A stretch of 64,000 nucleotides of DNA, from NCBI RefSeq assembly GCF_037042905.1, contig NC_087251.1, positions 18,664,001 to 18,728,000 of the forward strand, read 5' to 3'. Position numbers and translations under genes: made by a program. How positions within the stretch are numbered: position 1 is the first letter of the stretch; each line of letters starts with the position of its first letter. Below are positions 1 through 64,000 of the stretch, in pieces. Below the pieces are notes generated by a model, which saw nothing but the letters and a program-made list of their open reading frames with translations, had not been told where the DNA came from and did not search any database. This DNA is from Lytechinus pictus (Eukaryota).

Positions 1-1342
1 ATTATATTAAAATATGAGGAACTCACTATGTATAGGGTTTGGCTTGTACATTTCTTTATGGTAGAAATAGAAATCACATCATTGACGATGGATGTTGCTA
101 TGTTGAAGTCATTGATAGTGTCTGTATAGGCCTGCATTACCACTTCATGAAATGAATTCTACCAGCACTTATACAGCAGGGTAGGGATCATGTATGTCTA
201 TAAAATAAAAAAAAATAAAAAAAATGTCATTTGATTTGATATATTCTTTTTATTTTTCAGGATACAATACATGGTTTGGTTATTTCAGGTGTGATAATAA
301 ATTCAGAATAAAAAATTAATCACAATAGGCTTCATTTATGCATTTGTTTTCTCAAAGGTTAGCGAAACTCAGCCTCATCAAACAGATTTTCTTTCACACA
401 AATCATGCTATGAATGTCATAATTTGTATTTGAAAAAAATATCTGAAATTTATCAGGTTACAAAGTTTCACACAGTTGAACATTTTGAGGCCAACATTCC
501 CCCCCCCCCCCCATTTTTGGACCACTGTGTCATGTCCTTTGGCAGTAGTGCATGAAGTAATTAGTATTAAAGACCGGAGCTGGAAAGTATACCCTGATTA
601 TGCCACTGTGTATTTGCAGATTGTAATGAGGCTTTGGTGGTCTAAACCTTGAACTCCTTTTGGTATTGCTCCTATGCCAGCCCACATGTTTGCAGGAGAT
701 TATTGATGTTGTTTAAAAAGGAGCTATTTGCTAATTTTAGACTTTTTAAAGATTTGTTTTGATGTTTCTCATTACTGCTGACATTTAGTAGTTGTACATG
801 TGTCAATGCAGTACATTTTCTTGTCTGTTCATCATTTTAACACTTCGATAACCAGCACAGCATCTTATAAAAATGAGATAATATACAGAATCGTCTTCTG
901 TGTTCATTTTTATAAACTTTTCTTGCACCTGTAGGCTCTAGATGATATCTGTACATAAAGGGGGGGGCAGGGAGATCTATGTAATCCTTCATCTTTCGTT
1001 AATTTGCAAATTGATCTTGACATGGAAAAACATGTTGAAAAAGGGAATTTTTACATAGAAACATCTTAATACTCCTGTCAATACTGGAATTGTGTTGTAC
1101 AGGGAATCAAACCATTAGAACTGTAGAATATTGATTTGCATTTTTGATCTTGAACCAGAAAGATGAATACATTTAATACATGTTGACCTACATGACAATA
1201 GTACATACATGTACTAGACATCGTTCAGAGAACGTTGCCTTTATGACATAGTTACCAGAAACAGTATAACTATATTTTTGAAGGAACACTAAAAAATAAA
1301 CAAGGTGAAGTATTCATGGTTCATGGATTGAAATATCATATA

Positions 1343-1891
1343 CCCTTTTTACACAGGATTTTCTTAACCCCGGACTATCGCTAACCCCGTACTATCCTTA
1401 ACCCCGTACTATTTTTTTTCCTTTTCACACATGCCAAATTGTAATCGCTAACCCCGGATAAGAAATGCTTGCTTTTTACACACGAAACTCGCTAACCCCG
1501 GACTAGTGGTTTTTGTCGATCATTCGTAGTACAAGTACTTCACTCGTACCTTTTTACACACGCTAAAATGTCCTTAACCCCGTACTATAGGTGGGGCTAA
1601 ATTGCCATTTAGCCCCACCTATAGTACGGGGTTAAGCTTAGCCCACTTTCGTTTTACACTAGCGATCTTAACCCCGTACTATCGCTCTTAGCACCGCAAT
1701 TGCTGGGATAACCCTGCTTTTTTGCAGGGCCAAACAATCCCGTACTAAAGGTGGGGTTAGCCCACTTTGCAAAAATGCTGTGTAAAAAGAAAGTGGGCTA
1801 AGCTTAACCCCGTACTATAGGTGGGGCTAAATGGCAATTTAGCCCCACCTATAGTACGGGGTTAAGGAAATTTTAGCGTGTGTAAAAAGGG
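1343..1891. mobile_element. MITE copy 1 (549 bp, TA-flanked, internally palindromic)
   Basis: TA|CCCTTTTTACAC...GTGTAAAAAGGG|TA; near-identical copy at 3078-3626. Confidence 0.9.
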
Positions 1892-2177
1892 TATTATTCA
1901 GTTTAGGTTGATTGAGGAAAAATATCTTGAAAATTCATCTGAACTATTGTGGTATGGACTATGTAAACATTTTTTTGGTACGATGTAGGCATATTTTATT
2001 TCCATAGCATTTATTGCGGTTTGTTGTAAGTTTTTGATAGGTAATATTATGCTATACCAAGAGTTAAGTCTTGGTATTTATTCTGGACATATGGAAAATT
2101 GATATTGATTGCAGGTAAACAAAAAAAGAAAGAAAGGGGATACAAAATGGAAAAGAAAAAAAAATACATCTATCATA

Positions 2178-2654
2178 AGGTGGTTTCAGACCGCCTCGAA
2201 GTTCGCCAGTTCCAGGTATTCTCTGATCGGGAAATTTACCCCGATCAGAAAATACCAGGTATTTTGGCGGTGTGAAAGCAAACTACGCGTAATATCCCCG
2301 AAAGAAAATACCTGATAAATAGTAGGTACTTGGCGAAATTACGAGAACTTTCGCGGGGATTTTTCCAAGGTCGTGGGTATTTTGGCGGTCTGAAAGCAAA
2401 TTACGGGAACTTTTAGCCCAGCGTGTCGTTGGGTGCGGCGCCGTGCATGGGTTGCTGCTGGGCTAGTGATTTTGAATTTCGCGCCTTGCTGCTTATCAGA
2501 CCATACTGCGCATGCTCGTAACTTCAGGAACTTATCCCGAAGGGTATGTTTCAGGGCGGTGTGAATGCAGGAATAATTAATGGTATTTTTCAGCCTAAAA
2601 AAGTTCTCGTAATTTAACGGGGATTCTTGTGATCGAGGCGGTTTGAAACCACCT
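2178..2654. mobile_element. Non-autonomous TIR element (possibly PIF/Harbinger-like)
   Basis: 22-bp TIR AGGTGGTTTCAGACCGCCTCGA / TCGAGGCGGTTTGAAACCACCT, CpG-rich interior; TSD not clean. Confidence 0.8.
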
Positions 2655-3077
2655 ATTGACAATGGTCAAGCAAACTCATAATGCCATAGTCCTATGTTAC
2701 AAATATTATGTAATTCTGTTATTGATATTTGAAATCATGTTTGGAAATATTTGTCACATACGAATATTGGCCATACATAGAAAATAATTTATATTTCCTA
2801 ACACTGCACAATGAATCACTTGACCAGTAAAACTGGTGGTGAAGTTCACCTTGTGTAGAAAGAAATAGATGATGAAAAAGGCTTGAATATCATTATGTAC
2901 ATATTAAAAGGAGTAATGAATAATAGTGAATGATATTTACAGGCAGTGATGCAGTGTGGTCAGGGCATTTCAGTCTGTTTTGTGTCAATGAATCACACGT
3001 GTGCCCTCTATCTGACAAGGCATAGATCCGACTGCTCTATAATCTAGGCATGAAAGTAATCAATGATGACTCAATTA

Positions 3078-3626
3078 CCCTTTTTACACAGGATTTTCTT
3101 AGCCCCGGACTATCGCTAACCCCGTACTATCCTTAACCCCGTACTATTTTTTTTCCTTTTTACACATGCCACATTGTTATTGCTAACCCCGGATAAGGAA
3201 TGTTTGCTTTTCACACACGAAACTCGCTAACCCCGGACCAGTGGTTTTTGTCGATCATTCGTAGTACAAGTACTTCACTCGTACCTTTTTACACACGCTA
3301 CAATTTCCTTAACCCCGTACTATAGGTGGGGCCAAATTGCCATTTAGCCCCACCTATAGTACGGGGTTAAGCTTAGCCCACTTTCGTTTTACACTAGCGA
3401 TCTTAACCCCGTACTATCGCTCTTAGCACCGCAATTGCTGGGATAACCCTGCTTTTTTGCAGGGCCAAATAATCCCGTACTAAAGGTGGGGTTAGCCCAC
3501 TTTGCAAAAATGCTGTGTAAAAAGAAAGTGGGCTAAGCTTAACCCCGTACTATAGGTGGGGCTAAATGGCAATTTAGCCCCACCTATAGTACGGGGTTAA
3601 GGAAATTTTAGCGTGTGTAAAAAGGG
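3078..3626. mobile_element. MITE copy 2 (549 bp, TA-flanked)
   Basis: Same termini, length and orientation as 1343-1891, with only scattered substitutions. Confidence 0.9.
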
Positions 3627-6600
3627 TAAATGTTTATCGCAATACCGAGTCTAATTAGACTTTATGTCTGTAGTCTACATGACCAGTCCTATTCTGGTCA
3701 ACTGAAACATGTTACCATGGTGAGTAAAGAGTTACAAAGAATGCAATGTAGGTTCATTATGTTTATTAATGTAATATTGTTTTCTCCTAAGTTACCTAAG
3801 CTGTATGAACTCGGATGCAAAAACATGAGAAAATGAAATAATGAGAGATATTTTTTTCTTTTGGTAAAATTGGAATAGCTACTCTGATTAGAATTGAGAA
3901 TAGATAGATGTGTGTACATGTACACATTTTCAATTTGAAAGAGAACTTCCCAAATTTTATTGATTTCATAAAAGTGACACATGATATTGATTAATTATGA
4001 TATATAATTAATTTTAAAACACTATTGGAGGAAAAAAAAATTAGCCAATATAAGGTAGATTTTTTGTCACTTTCATGATAGTCTTTATTTGAGAAGCATT
4101 TTAGAGCTTTGAATTGAAGTTCCTGTTTAGAGACTCTCTATTTACATTAGGGAGTTTTAGAATTGTAACATATTTAACTAGTACGAGATTTCAAGGCATT
4201 GTGCATGCATTACCTCACCACCTTCATTCTGTGGTTCTATTAAAATCACAGTTAAAGTGTACGTGAGTGACTTCATTTCAACTGCTCAGGCTCAGCCTAA
4301 AGATCAATGGCAAAGGACAGTTTTCAGTGACTTTTCTGAGTAAAGTTGTACAATATATTCTCTTATATATTTGAAATTATCATGTGAACTCTGGAAATTT
4401 ATATTGGTTTAGCAATTGGAAGAGCAAATGTGCACAAGTTGCAGCTTCGCATCACTTGACCATCTTGTGATGTGATGGTACATCAGATCTGGGTTGGGCA
4501 GCATGTCATAGTCTGCAGGCACATACCCTGTTTGAAACTTTGATCAACATGTGGGTCTCCATGCAAAGACTAATACATACAAAACTTGCTGTTTGGGGCC
4601 TTCAGTACACAAGGCATTAGTAGGCTGCACATTCAGACCCTTAACTTGAGTGAAGGGTTTGCACATTAGACGAGCGTGCTCGCTATCACGCTGTTTCATG
4701 TGGATGTACTTACATACTGTACCTGTCCGGTGAAATCTGTATCAATCTGACAACGTTGACACACGATCAGTCGACTGGTACGCCATTCTCATTCACTGCA
4801 TTCTAAAACTCTGTACATAGAGTCTATACTATTCCCGGGTGGAAAAAATTTCTTTGAATTTAAGAGTCTCTTTAGAAAGACTATCCCTCTTTTACCTTGG
4901 TGCAAGGTGGGAAAGTCTTCTTTTCTCTTGAGCAATGTGACAATTGAAATCAGATGAAGATGATGAATCATTCTTGATATCTTCTCTAATGGGAGAATTG
5001 TAAGTGAGATACACTGTGGAGATTCATTGATACACATTTGACATGTGTATACTATCGGTCATTTTAATGATTTGGACTGTGCCATTACAGAGGTACATAG
5101 ACCTTTGTACAGTACATAAGCATCTATGTGTATACATGTATACATGAATTCTTTGCTTCCCCTCATCTGTTTGAGGAATGATGACCTTTTTATATAAAAT
5201 GGGATTAATTTTTATGATGAAGTGGGACAGTTGGTGTTAAACACCATTAAAAAGATGAGATTGTACATAGGCCTAATGAGGAATATAGAAAAGTTTTCCA
5301 TTTATTTTGTTTTCCTTTATTTTAGTAAGCATTTTATTGCTGTGGGGAAGAGATTGTCATGAGCATTGTTCTGTTTTTATTCTATTTTGGAAAAATATCA
5401 TAGAATTATTTCAACTTTAAGAATGTAGACCTATTTCCAACGATTCAATCAAGCTAATCATCTTGTGTTGGATATAAAATAAGGCCTACGTATTAGTCAT
5501 TATATTTAGTATATAAATGATGTGTTAGTATTTAAGCTTTTTGATAATTAGATTTATTATATTTCATGTGTCACATGAACATTGATTCTCTTTTGGCCAT
5601 GCATACTACACCTCTGATTTTTTTAGAAATAAGAACTTCTTCATTCAATAATCTCATCATGGAAAGTGCAATTAATAGTGTACACAAAGACCCATTCGTA
5701 CATGTATATTGTAGTGAACAGTGTCAAAAATGGCTCTTTTAAAATCACTTTCCTCACTTGCAGTTGTGTTTATATACCAGCATTAATAAAGCTGTCTGCC
5801 TTGCAATGTCTCATTCACGTTATAAAATTGAATGGATGCTTATATAACAGGCGCTTCCTTTAGATACAGATCTGAGAAAGAAGTGAGAAGAATGGATGCC
5901 AGCAAGTTTTAGAAATGACGGTGTTCTCAACAACCATCTTTTAAGGATGTAAACATACATTTACTCTCTGTCTTTTTATATTGTGTTATTAAACCTTCTT
6001 TAGGTCAAAAGAACCATCTCAATCGACCCAGGTTCTCAGAATATATTCCTGCTCCTTTTGCTTCAGCAAATTATCCGTATTTGAATCTTCTTAAAAACTG
6101 TTTGTCGTGGGCTTAAATCGCTTAATCTCAAGACTAATCATGATATAATTGGGATTTAGAAATTTAATGTTATTATCAATGTGCATTACAATGAATTTAG
6201 TCAAAGTCGTTTGAAAATATAACTTCAATGAAATGTGAATCATTTTCTACTGCGTGCCTTGATGACGTGCGTAAGCTTGCTTAGCTGAAGTACTTGATAA
6301 AGTACCTGAGATCTATACGTGATGTTTGTGTTTCCAGGATGTATTTTTTTTTTCCTTGCTTTTTTTCATCATTTGGTATTGGGTTACAGTGCTGTAACTA
6401 AGGATAAAATTTTCATGTAGAAATGTTTGGTATAAGTAGGTCTACATGTATAACCCTTCCTGAAATGGGATCTAGATATAATGTATTATGTTTGACCAAG
6501 CCTCTTACAGCACTTAGGCCTATACAGCTTGTAATGTGTAGGTAAAAATAAGTCCATATTTCCTTGTAATATTTGACTTCTCAAGTAATTGATCTTCAGT

Positions 6601-7116
6601 TATGTGCATGGATTTGCATGGAAGACTGCTCATTTTTTTCAAGGCTATTTCAGAGCGATTACCATACACCATACAATGGAAATAACTTGGAAATTGAAGA
6701 TATAACACTGTAATTGTGAAGATGATTTATTCACTGTGGATGTATTTATTGTGGAATATAGTGATCTTGTGACACTAAAAAGGGTATTCTGTCTCTCTGT
6801 GTGTGCAGTCTTTATGTGCATCATTATGAGAACACTTGTTGCTTTTTCACAATGTCTTTTGCAAGTATCAGAAAATCCACTAGACGCAGAAAAACTAGTC
6901 ATTCTGATTGGTAAATATGTATTGTTTTTAGTTGGTGCATATTTTGCACTCATGTATGCACAAGTCTTTCAAGACTTTATAGTGCAATTTCAAAATATGA
7001 AAATATGCAAATTTCTTAATGCAGGGACCTGTTTCATAAAACTTGTAATAATAACAAATTTATAATACATGTAACAATAAAATCTACTAAAATCATTCAA
7101 TCTGATTGGTTGATAG

Positions 7117-7505
7117 TAATACCCCTTTCATAAACCCAATAAAACCTATCCTCCAATTAGCCGCCTAAGAGTAATGCGGATAATTCAATAAAAATTGCGT
7201 TCACAAACTTATTTTTACGAGCGCCTGTCCTGAAAAAGGCGGATAATTGTCATGACAACTGGACATGCCCCCTCCGATGTGGTTGTGTTGGAAAAGGGTG
7301 ACCTTGTGACCGCACCATGGCAATTATCCGCATTATTTGGAAATACGTTCATAAACTCAAAATCTTGTCCCGATGCCGCTATTATGCGGATAATAGCAGC
7401 ATCAGAATAATACCCCTTTCATAAACCCAATAAAACCCAATTATGCGGCTAATAGCAGCATAATTTGGTCGTAAAATCAGAGGAGGACAAGAGTTATCCG
7501 CATTA
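7117..7505. repeat. Truncated repetitive element with internal direct repeats
   Basis: TAATACCCCTTTCATAAACCCAATAAAACC occurs near 7117 and 7408; ATTATGCGG(A/C)TAATAGCAGCAT occurs near 7381 and 7440. Confidence 0.55.
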
Positions 7506-7642
7506 CACTTTTCAACTTACATTTATAAGAAACATTTAACAAATATCTACCAAAGTATATTGAACAATCAGAATTCATTTAGTTAAATCGGCTTCATAAT
7601 TTTAATAACCTAGTATTATTTTCTTCATTGTTCCTTGGCAGC

Positions 7643-57629
<49,987 letters not shown>

Positions 57630-60600
57630 AGAAAGCAAGTGACCACGTCCAGGCCCTTCCTATTTTATCGTCCACCCTTGGTCTTTCGCTTGACTCTTGG
57701 TGACCGCCAGATGAAGATGGATAAACTAATATCCAAGACAAGACTCCGGGAACTACAGTTTGGTACCAATACAATGGGAATGTCACTGTGTAATAGACAG
57801 TAATTGATGGAGATTTACAGAGGAAAGCACTCTGCATCGACACATGATTCTTGAGTGTAGAAGATGGATTCATTTATTATTCAGACACAAGATTTGCTGA
57901 CTTATTTTGCTACCTTATTTTCATGATTATATGCACACATGGCTGTTCTCCTGTCATTTTATTCTCAGTTTTATAGCTTTTCTCTTTGAATGGCATTTAT
58001 TTCATCATCAGATATTCTGAGTAAGAAGATGTGTCTAACTGGAGATACTCTGCTTTAAGCCATTAAAAAATATCTTGATTCTCATAATTTGAGTTAACTG
58101 TGAATCCTTTTTTTTTCATCTCTTGTGAAGTGAAAAATATGAGAATAATTAGTTGCATTAAGGTCTAATTGAGTGTAAGGCTGTTTTATAATGAATTCAT
58201 TTAAAGTCATTATTGTCTTTTAGAATTTTTGGGGACACCTTATTTAGATGATCACATATTCACAGTTACAATCAGTGCATGTGTTTTCATAATGTTGATT
58301 AATAATCAGCATGTTATTTTTTAATGAAACGAGTTGTGAAACTAATTTCTAAATATATCATCTGCATGGGAAAAATCTATTAAGTATTTGATAGTATTAA
58401 GAGTTTGATGAAAAATGTTCAATAAAATCTGTTAAGATTTAGCCCCAAAACCTCATGATCTCTCATTAACACAGTATGCGAGTCAAGTGATTTTAGGTTT
58501 TGGAATTTTCATGTGTTTACATTTCTTGTCCATTTTTCAACATTTGGTTCTAAGATTTTATTCTGCTCGTGATATATGAAAGTTATTGATTTCATTCTCC
58601 TTTCCAGACAATATTTGTGTGTATGTGTGTGTTGTAACATATTTTATATATGAATTGGTTGTATCCATGAAATAGTCATATTATTTATGGATTTGATACC
58701 ATTTGATAAAAAAATAATAGTTGATTAAATTTGTTTCCTTCATGAAATATTAATTCATCTTACTACATGGATAACTAATCCATGAAATATATATTGGTAT
58801 CATTTGGGTCTTAATTATTCATTTTCAATACATCTATTTGTATGTAAATAAAGTATCATATCCACAATGCAAAATATATTAATTTTTTGTTAATATCATG
58901 GAATGAAATGAATTGAATCATAGATTTCATTGGCTTCATTTTACATTTTTGGTATAACATATCTTTGTATAGACTGTGTGTTTTTATTAAAGAATGTTTT
59001 CATGTTGCATTTGCCACAAAGTTACAGTAATCATATCACTCTTCTATTATCTTTAAGGTTTTGGAATAGGAGGGGGATGGGTAATCTAGCATTAATTTTG
59101 AAAATGGTGCCTATTTTTTAATACAATGTTGGTATTACATTTGTTTGATTGCATTATTTAGAAGAAAATTTGAGACATGGATATGATGAAATGAAAGCCA
59201 AATGTGTTCTTTAAATGTAACTTCAGTTTGTTTTGACAAAATCTTGGCTTATTATTAGAACATCTAATGTAGAATGGTAAAAGAAAGGATCTTTTGTTTT
59301 GGGTTGAAAAATATCATTTTAATATGAAATTTGTATATGTCTTGTATTTATTTATGCAGCATGTGAAACAACTTTTACTGGGAATAATTTGCCCATGTTA
59401 CTCCTTGTACATTTATTCATGCATTTTACAAATCTACCCAATTTGCTTCTAATTTTGAACATATTTTGGCATATATCTGAGCAATACTAATTATATATGA
59501 ATATGAGCCAATGTTTTTTTTTCTGATTTCATGGTAATTGTGATGTGTATGTGTATATGTTAATGTTAATCAATATGAGTTTGTAGAGAAATATATATAT
59601 ATGCTGGAGAGAAGGTGAAAAGCCATTTCCTCTTCTAAATGTATTTATAGTTTAGATATATGTACATTTGATATATGTCCCTCCCAGTTATAGCCACACA
59701 TTCTCTGGATGGTTTTAACTCTCATTAGAAAATTATATCTTGATTTTGATTAATACATCTGATGATATTCATGGATAACTCATCAGTATATTCTAGACAC
59801 CAAAAATTACTCCAATTCAAGTCAAATGTGTTTTGTAAAAATGAGTGATTGTTTTACATTTCCACATAGTCAATTGGGCACATTAACTATTGCACTTCCT
59901 GACAGATTATTCTTTAGTAACTCTCGATTTTGAAACTGCAGGGAGGTCCTAAGAAGCTTTGTAATCTAATAGATTAATGGAATTTGTAAGAGCCTCACGA
60001 AGAATAGTGTTTGTAAGATTCTTCATTCTTTTAGATCTCTTCTGATTTAATATAAATTTTGTTATATGGACAATCAAAGAAAATTAAGAAAATTATGAAC
60101 GTGTATAGAAATGAAAAGTGGAATTTGGTCTCAAGTGGTACCTTGTAAATCTATAATTTTTAAAGAAGAGGCAAATATATTAGTGAAAATAAAAATGTGG
60201 CGATATATATAGCTAGGTAAATTGTACTGTAGAATAATGTAGCCAACTTGGTGCAGCTTTGTATCATAGCTATAATCTCAGCCCATTTATTTAGAGTGAT
60301 ATGTATATTGATCATGTTACACTATGTGTCTTTGTATGTTTTTATAGGTATGTTTGGAGGAATTAATAATTCTGGTGTGCAGAAATTTGTCTTCCTTTTA
60401 TGTCTAATCTGAACACAATTTTGGAAGGTTATTTCTGAGAGAAACGTTTTATATATATTGTATTTTCACCAAAAAAAAAACACACACAATTACTAATCAT
60501 GGTAAAATCTACTTTTAAGAATTAATTTTATGTTCACTTGTTGATCATAATTTTTGTTATTCCAATTGTAAAGCCTACCTGAGTGTAAGGATAGTGCATT

Positions 60601-61943
60601 TGTTAGGAATACAACAAAGATGGCAATTGAGATGTAATCATACTTGTATGGAGGCCAATTTGACAATCAAATTCAGCACTGCTAGAATTTCTGCATTTTG
60701 GACAGGACACTTGAGAAAAGTATTTTAGTTGCTGATAATTACAATTCTACCATTCTTGATGAAATAATAATTCATACCCTACCATATACAGAGATTTCAT
60801 AAAATCAGACTTGCAGTTTGCTGGAACTTTTACATTGATAGAAGTAGGAAGCAGTATTTCAAAGGTTTGTAATTATTTTTTTTCTTGCTGAACTTGAATT
60901 GACAATTTATCATTCCAATTTTTTTATCACAACTGAGTGTTCCCGAGTTTCGTAGCTCCCACATCCCCTTTTAAAACCAGATGCCTTAAAAATTGTGATA
61001 TTTGCTGCAATTATTGACATGCAAGTAGGAAAACTGTGAATTAGTTTGAGTAACTAGTAATTGATGTTTGGATTACTATGAATAGATATTGTATGAGAAA
61101 CATGAACAATGACTGAGCCAGGTGTGTTAAGGGGGAACTGGTTATGATTTTTTTTTGTATGTTATTTTTCATATAGAAAGTGAAGGTATTTTGTGTGATC
61201 TGCCAAACTACCGGTATTCATCCCCACCTTTACATTTAATTCCAATTTGTAGGCACATGTTACATCAAACTGCCATCATAAGGACAGCTCATTTTACTTA
61301 AGAAGTGAAGTATTATGACCAGCCTTGGTATTGAGATCATGGCAACTTATCAGATAACAAGGATCCACATAGTAAGAAAAAAAACAGAAATAACTCGCAC
61401 AATTTTTTCCAGATGTTTGTATAATAACAATATTTTCTTTTTAAAATCTGGTTAAATGAATTGTAATCCAATCTAACACACACTCAGTATCAAGTCTATT
61501 GCCCTGGGTGTGTTTGTTGTAAAGGTACCTCCTGTGGGATAATTTTTGCCATTGCCCTCGCTGATGACTATTATTTGTATATTTCATAATGAAACAGAAG
61601 ATAGAATGAAAGATGACACAGTATGGTGAAAAGATCTTTATAAAAAAACCAGCAATCATGAACCCCTCCCCCTTTCATACTCAATGCATCATCATTGTTA
61701 ATGAAGAATTGTCTTTAGTCTGCTAAGTCTATAAAATGCTAGTCTGTTACCTACTTCATACAATCCTCATAGATATACTTCTCACTAAATTGATGAATTC
61801 AGAAATAAACTATTCTTGATTGATTATGCAATGTTTGTTTAAATCTCGTAGTGTACCTAGCTGTCCTAGGTTTGACTTTGTCTCGTTTACTATGTACATG
61901 CTGTAGTTGACTGCACATCAGCTGCAAAAAAAAATATTATAGA

Positions 61944-61949
61944 AATAAA
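61944..61949 (+). terminator. Candidate polyadenylation signal (implies a 3' UTR of about 4.3 kb)
   Basis: AATAAA followed about 30 nt later by a GT/T-rich tract (tttgtgtgctttgttttcctttttgtg). 57630-62000 shows no obvious transposons. Other AATAAA hexamers lie upstream (e.g. 58421). Confidence 0.4.
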
Positions 61950-62944
61950 GTCACATAGCTTCATTTTTGCTAAGTAACATTTTGTGTGCTTTGTTTTCCT
62001 TTTTGTGATTTTGAAAAATTCAGTAACTAGTAGCTACAGTCTTTTTCAATAGAATTCTAAGAACAATAACATTTAGAAAAATTATCCTAAACTGAAATTG
62101 ATGCATTTTGGCGAATATTTTGTGGTTGGTCATGGCTGACTGTAAAATGTATATAATCATGGAGATATTGATACTGTCGATATCTGTATGGTATTAAAAT
62201 GATAGACAGTGATGATGTTTCTTCGATTTCAAGCAATCAACGTCCCACTCTCCACTGATCTTTTGATTGAGATATGATTGAGAGTTATTGTGGAGTGGCT
62301 CAACATAGATTCCCATTCTTAAAGCCACCTCATCCCCTCCCCTACATATAGATAACAGTGAGAATAGCTTTGAAGTTACACGCATTTGGGTTGTTTCACT
62401 TGATTTTACAATACAGTGACATGGAGAAAGGCATTATTTGAGAGAGGTATCAGATGATAGCACACCTCACTGTTCACTCTGTGTTTTAATTATGAAAATA
62501 TTTTTGTTAAAATCATCTTTAAACCTTCTTTAGCTTTGGTACAGGGTCAATAATGTGAATTATTAACCGTATCAGACATCTGAGTAGGGCAACTTTAATA
62601 CATTATTGCCTGCTTAAGACTGGGATCAAGTAGTCGGTCTATAAGTTTGAATTTGTTTAACCACTGACAAATTTATTGCCCGCTCAGGAAAGTCTAAGAA
62701 AAGGCGTGGAAAGGTAGCGGGCAATACGGCAGAGCCAACATCCGGGTATTCTACGCGTTTTTGAACCGCGCAGTGCTGTACGTCAAGTCGAGACATATAC
62801 TGCGTCCCTAGGCCACGGACGCGTCATGTCAATTGCGTCACAATGGTAAAGTTCAGAGGCCCAGTCTGCTCAACATAGATTCCCGTTCTTAAACTGTAGA
62901 ATATTTAAATTTTCATGATTTTTGCTCTAGATGTCTGATTTGGT

Positions 62945-63096
62945 TAATAATAGCAATATTGACTGGCCTGGGGGCAAAAGGACATATATCGCCCTCACTA
63001 AATTGATATCACCCTCGTCTACGACTTGGGCAATATAAATTGAGTTTGGGCGGTCAATGTGGTATCGCCCTGAGGCCAGTCAATATTGCTTTATTA
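62945..63096. mobile_element. Short palindromic element
   Basis: AGCAATATTGACTGGCCT...AGGCCAGTCAATATTGCT arms. Confidence 0.7.
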
Positions 63097-63290
63097 TATT
63101 TGAGTATCATCCAACCTACCAATCTTAATAACTTTTAGTAGTTGTTATGATCTTTTATTCAACTGCTGATTCTATGCCAACATTTCTTAAAACATATCTA
63201 GACCCCCTCTCTCACCAATACTTTATTTTCCAGTAATAGGGCTCTTCGAACAATCTAAAACTTCAGGATTTCAAAATGAACCTACAGACA

Positions 63291-63686
63291 ACTAGAAATA
63301 TCACTGAATGTGATTAATACCACCACCCTATGGTGTTACCATGGTAATGCAGTTTCCAACACATGAAAATGAATCTTGCATGTCTTTACCCCAAGATGTT
63401 TATTTGTGCCTACTTTCATGAGCATTGGCTAATAACTGGGGATGTAGTCTGATCCACAAGTATTTTTTTCCTGGATTTTTGGCCATTATATGTGGTTACC
63501 ATAGCAACATAATTTCTGACCAATTCAAAAAATGTTGTCTTGCACATCTTTACCTCAACACCAATGTGTGTGCCAAATTTCATAATTGGTTAAAAATTGA
63601 AGTAGCTCTGATGCGCAAGCTTTGGAACCGCCTGACATGTATGCCAATTTTTCCCCCTTTCAAACTTTAGTTTGGTGGGGGTATAA
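63291..63686 (+). mobile_element. Possible non-autonomous Helitron/Helentron-type element
   Basis: Starts ACTAGA, ends in a CCCC..GGGG hairpin plus TATAA; internal GTTACCAT.G.AA repeats. Family assignment is from pattern memory only. Confidence 0.4.
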
Positions 63687-64000
63687 ATATTTACTATCCT
63701 TAAATTTTCAGCCCAGTCCTTGCTTTGGAATAGGTTTTATGTCAATCGGAAAAACTATGCAGATATTTTTTTTTGATCAGGTAACCGATCAAAATAAAGT
63801 TCATGGAAAATCGCAAGATTTATAATGAATTATACATTTTCATACCCAGGGCATCCACATTCATGTAATCGATCAATGAATTGGAATAGTCAGAGCCACA
63901 TTTTGGAAGATTTACCAAAGCAAAAGACGGTCTTTAAGCATGATTTTACTACTTACACATGTAATATTGTCTTATGTTTCCATACTATCAAATCTACAAA

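Noticed and set aside
2109..7065. Short ORFs upstream of the first EVH1 exon
   Set aside because: No recognisable protein features; some lie within MITEs. I could not identify the upstream 5' exon with confidence.

Overview
AT-rich animal genomic DNA with spliceosomal introns. It is not prokaryotic; the repeat families resemble those of marine deuterostomes such as sea urchins (inference). Nearly the whole window is one + strand Ena/VASP-family actin-regulator gene. I assembled ten core coding exons by hand (7643-57629). All splice phases are compatible and give a 433-aa protein: EVH1, QNGPS linker, proline-rich region, GAB, FAB, KPWER and tetramerisation coiled coil. Two frame-preserving cassette exons (120 and 72 nt) lie at the position of vertebrate Mena exon 11a. 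The most notable signal is in the 22-kb intron after the EVH1 exons. It holds a giant candidate alternative first exon (33140-35312, 724 codons) ending in a non-canonical GC donor in the right phase. This exon would replace EVH1 with an acidic disordered region carrying AKAP-like amphipathic helices, two PP1 RVxF motifs and an SH3 ligand. A second, tiny candidate first exon (MMRRTAFSISL, 26526-26559) lies in the same intron. The introns are dense with non-autonomous DNA transposons, SINEs, a microhomology-bounded tandem duplication and satellites. All isoform claims are predictions from sequence only.
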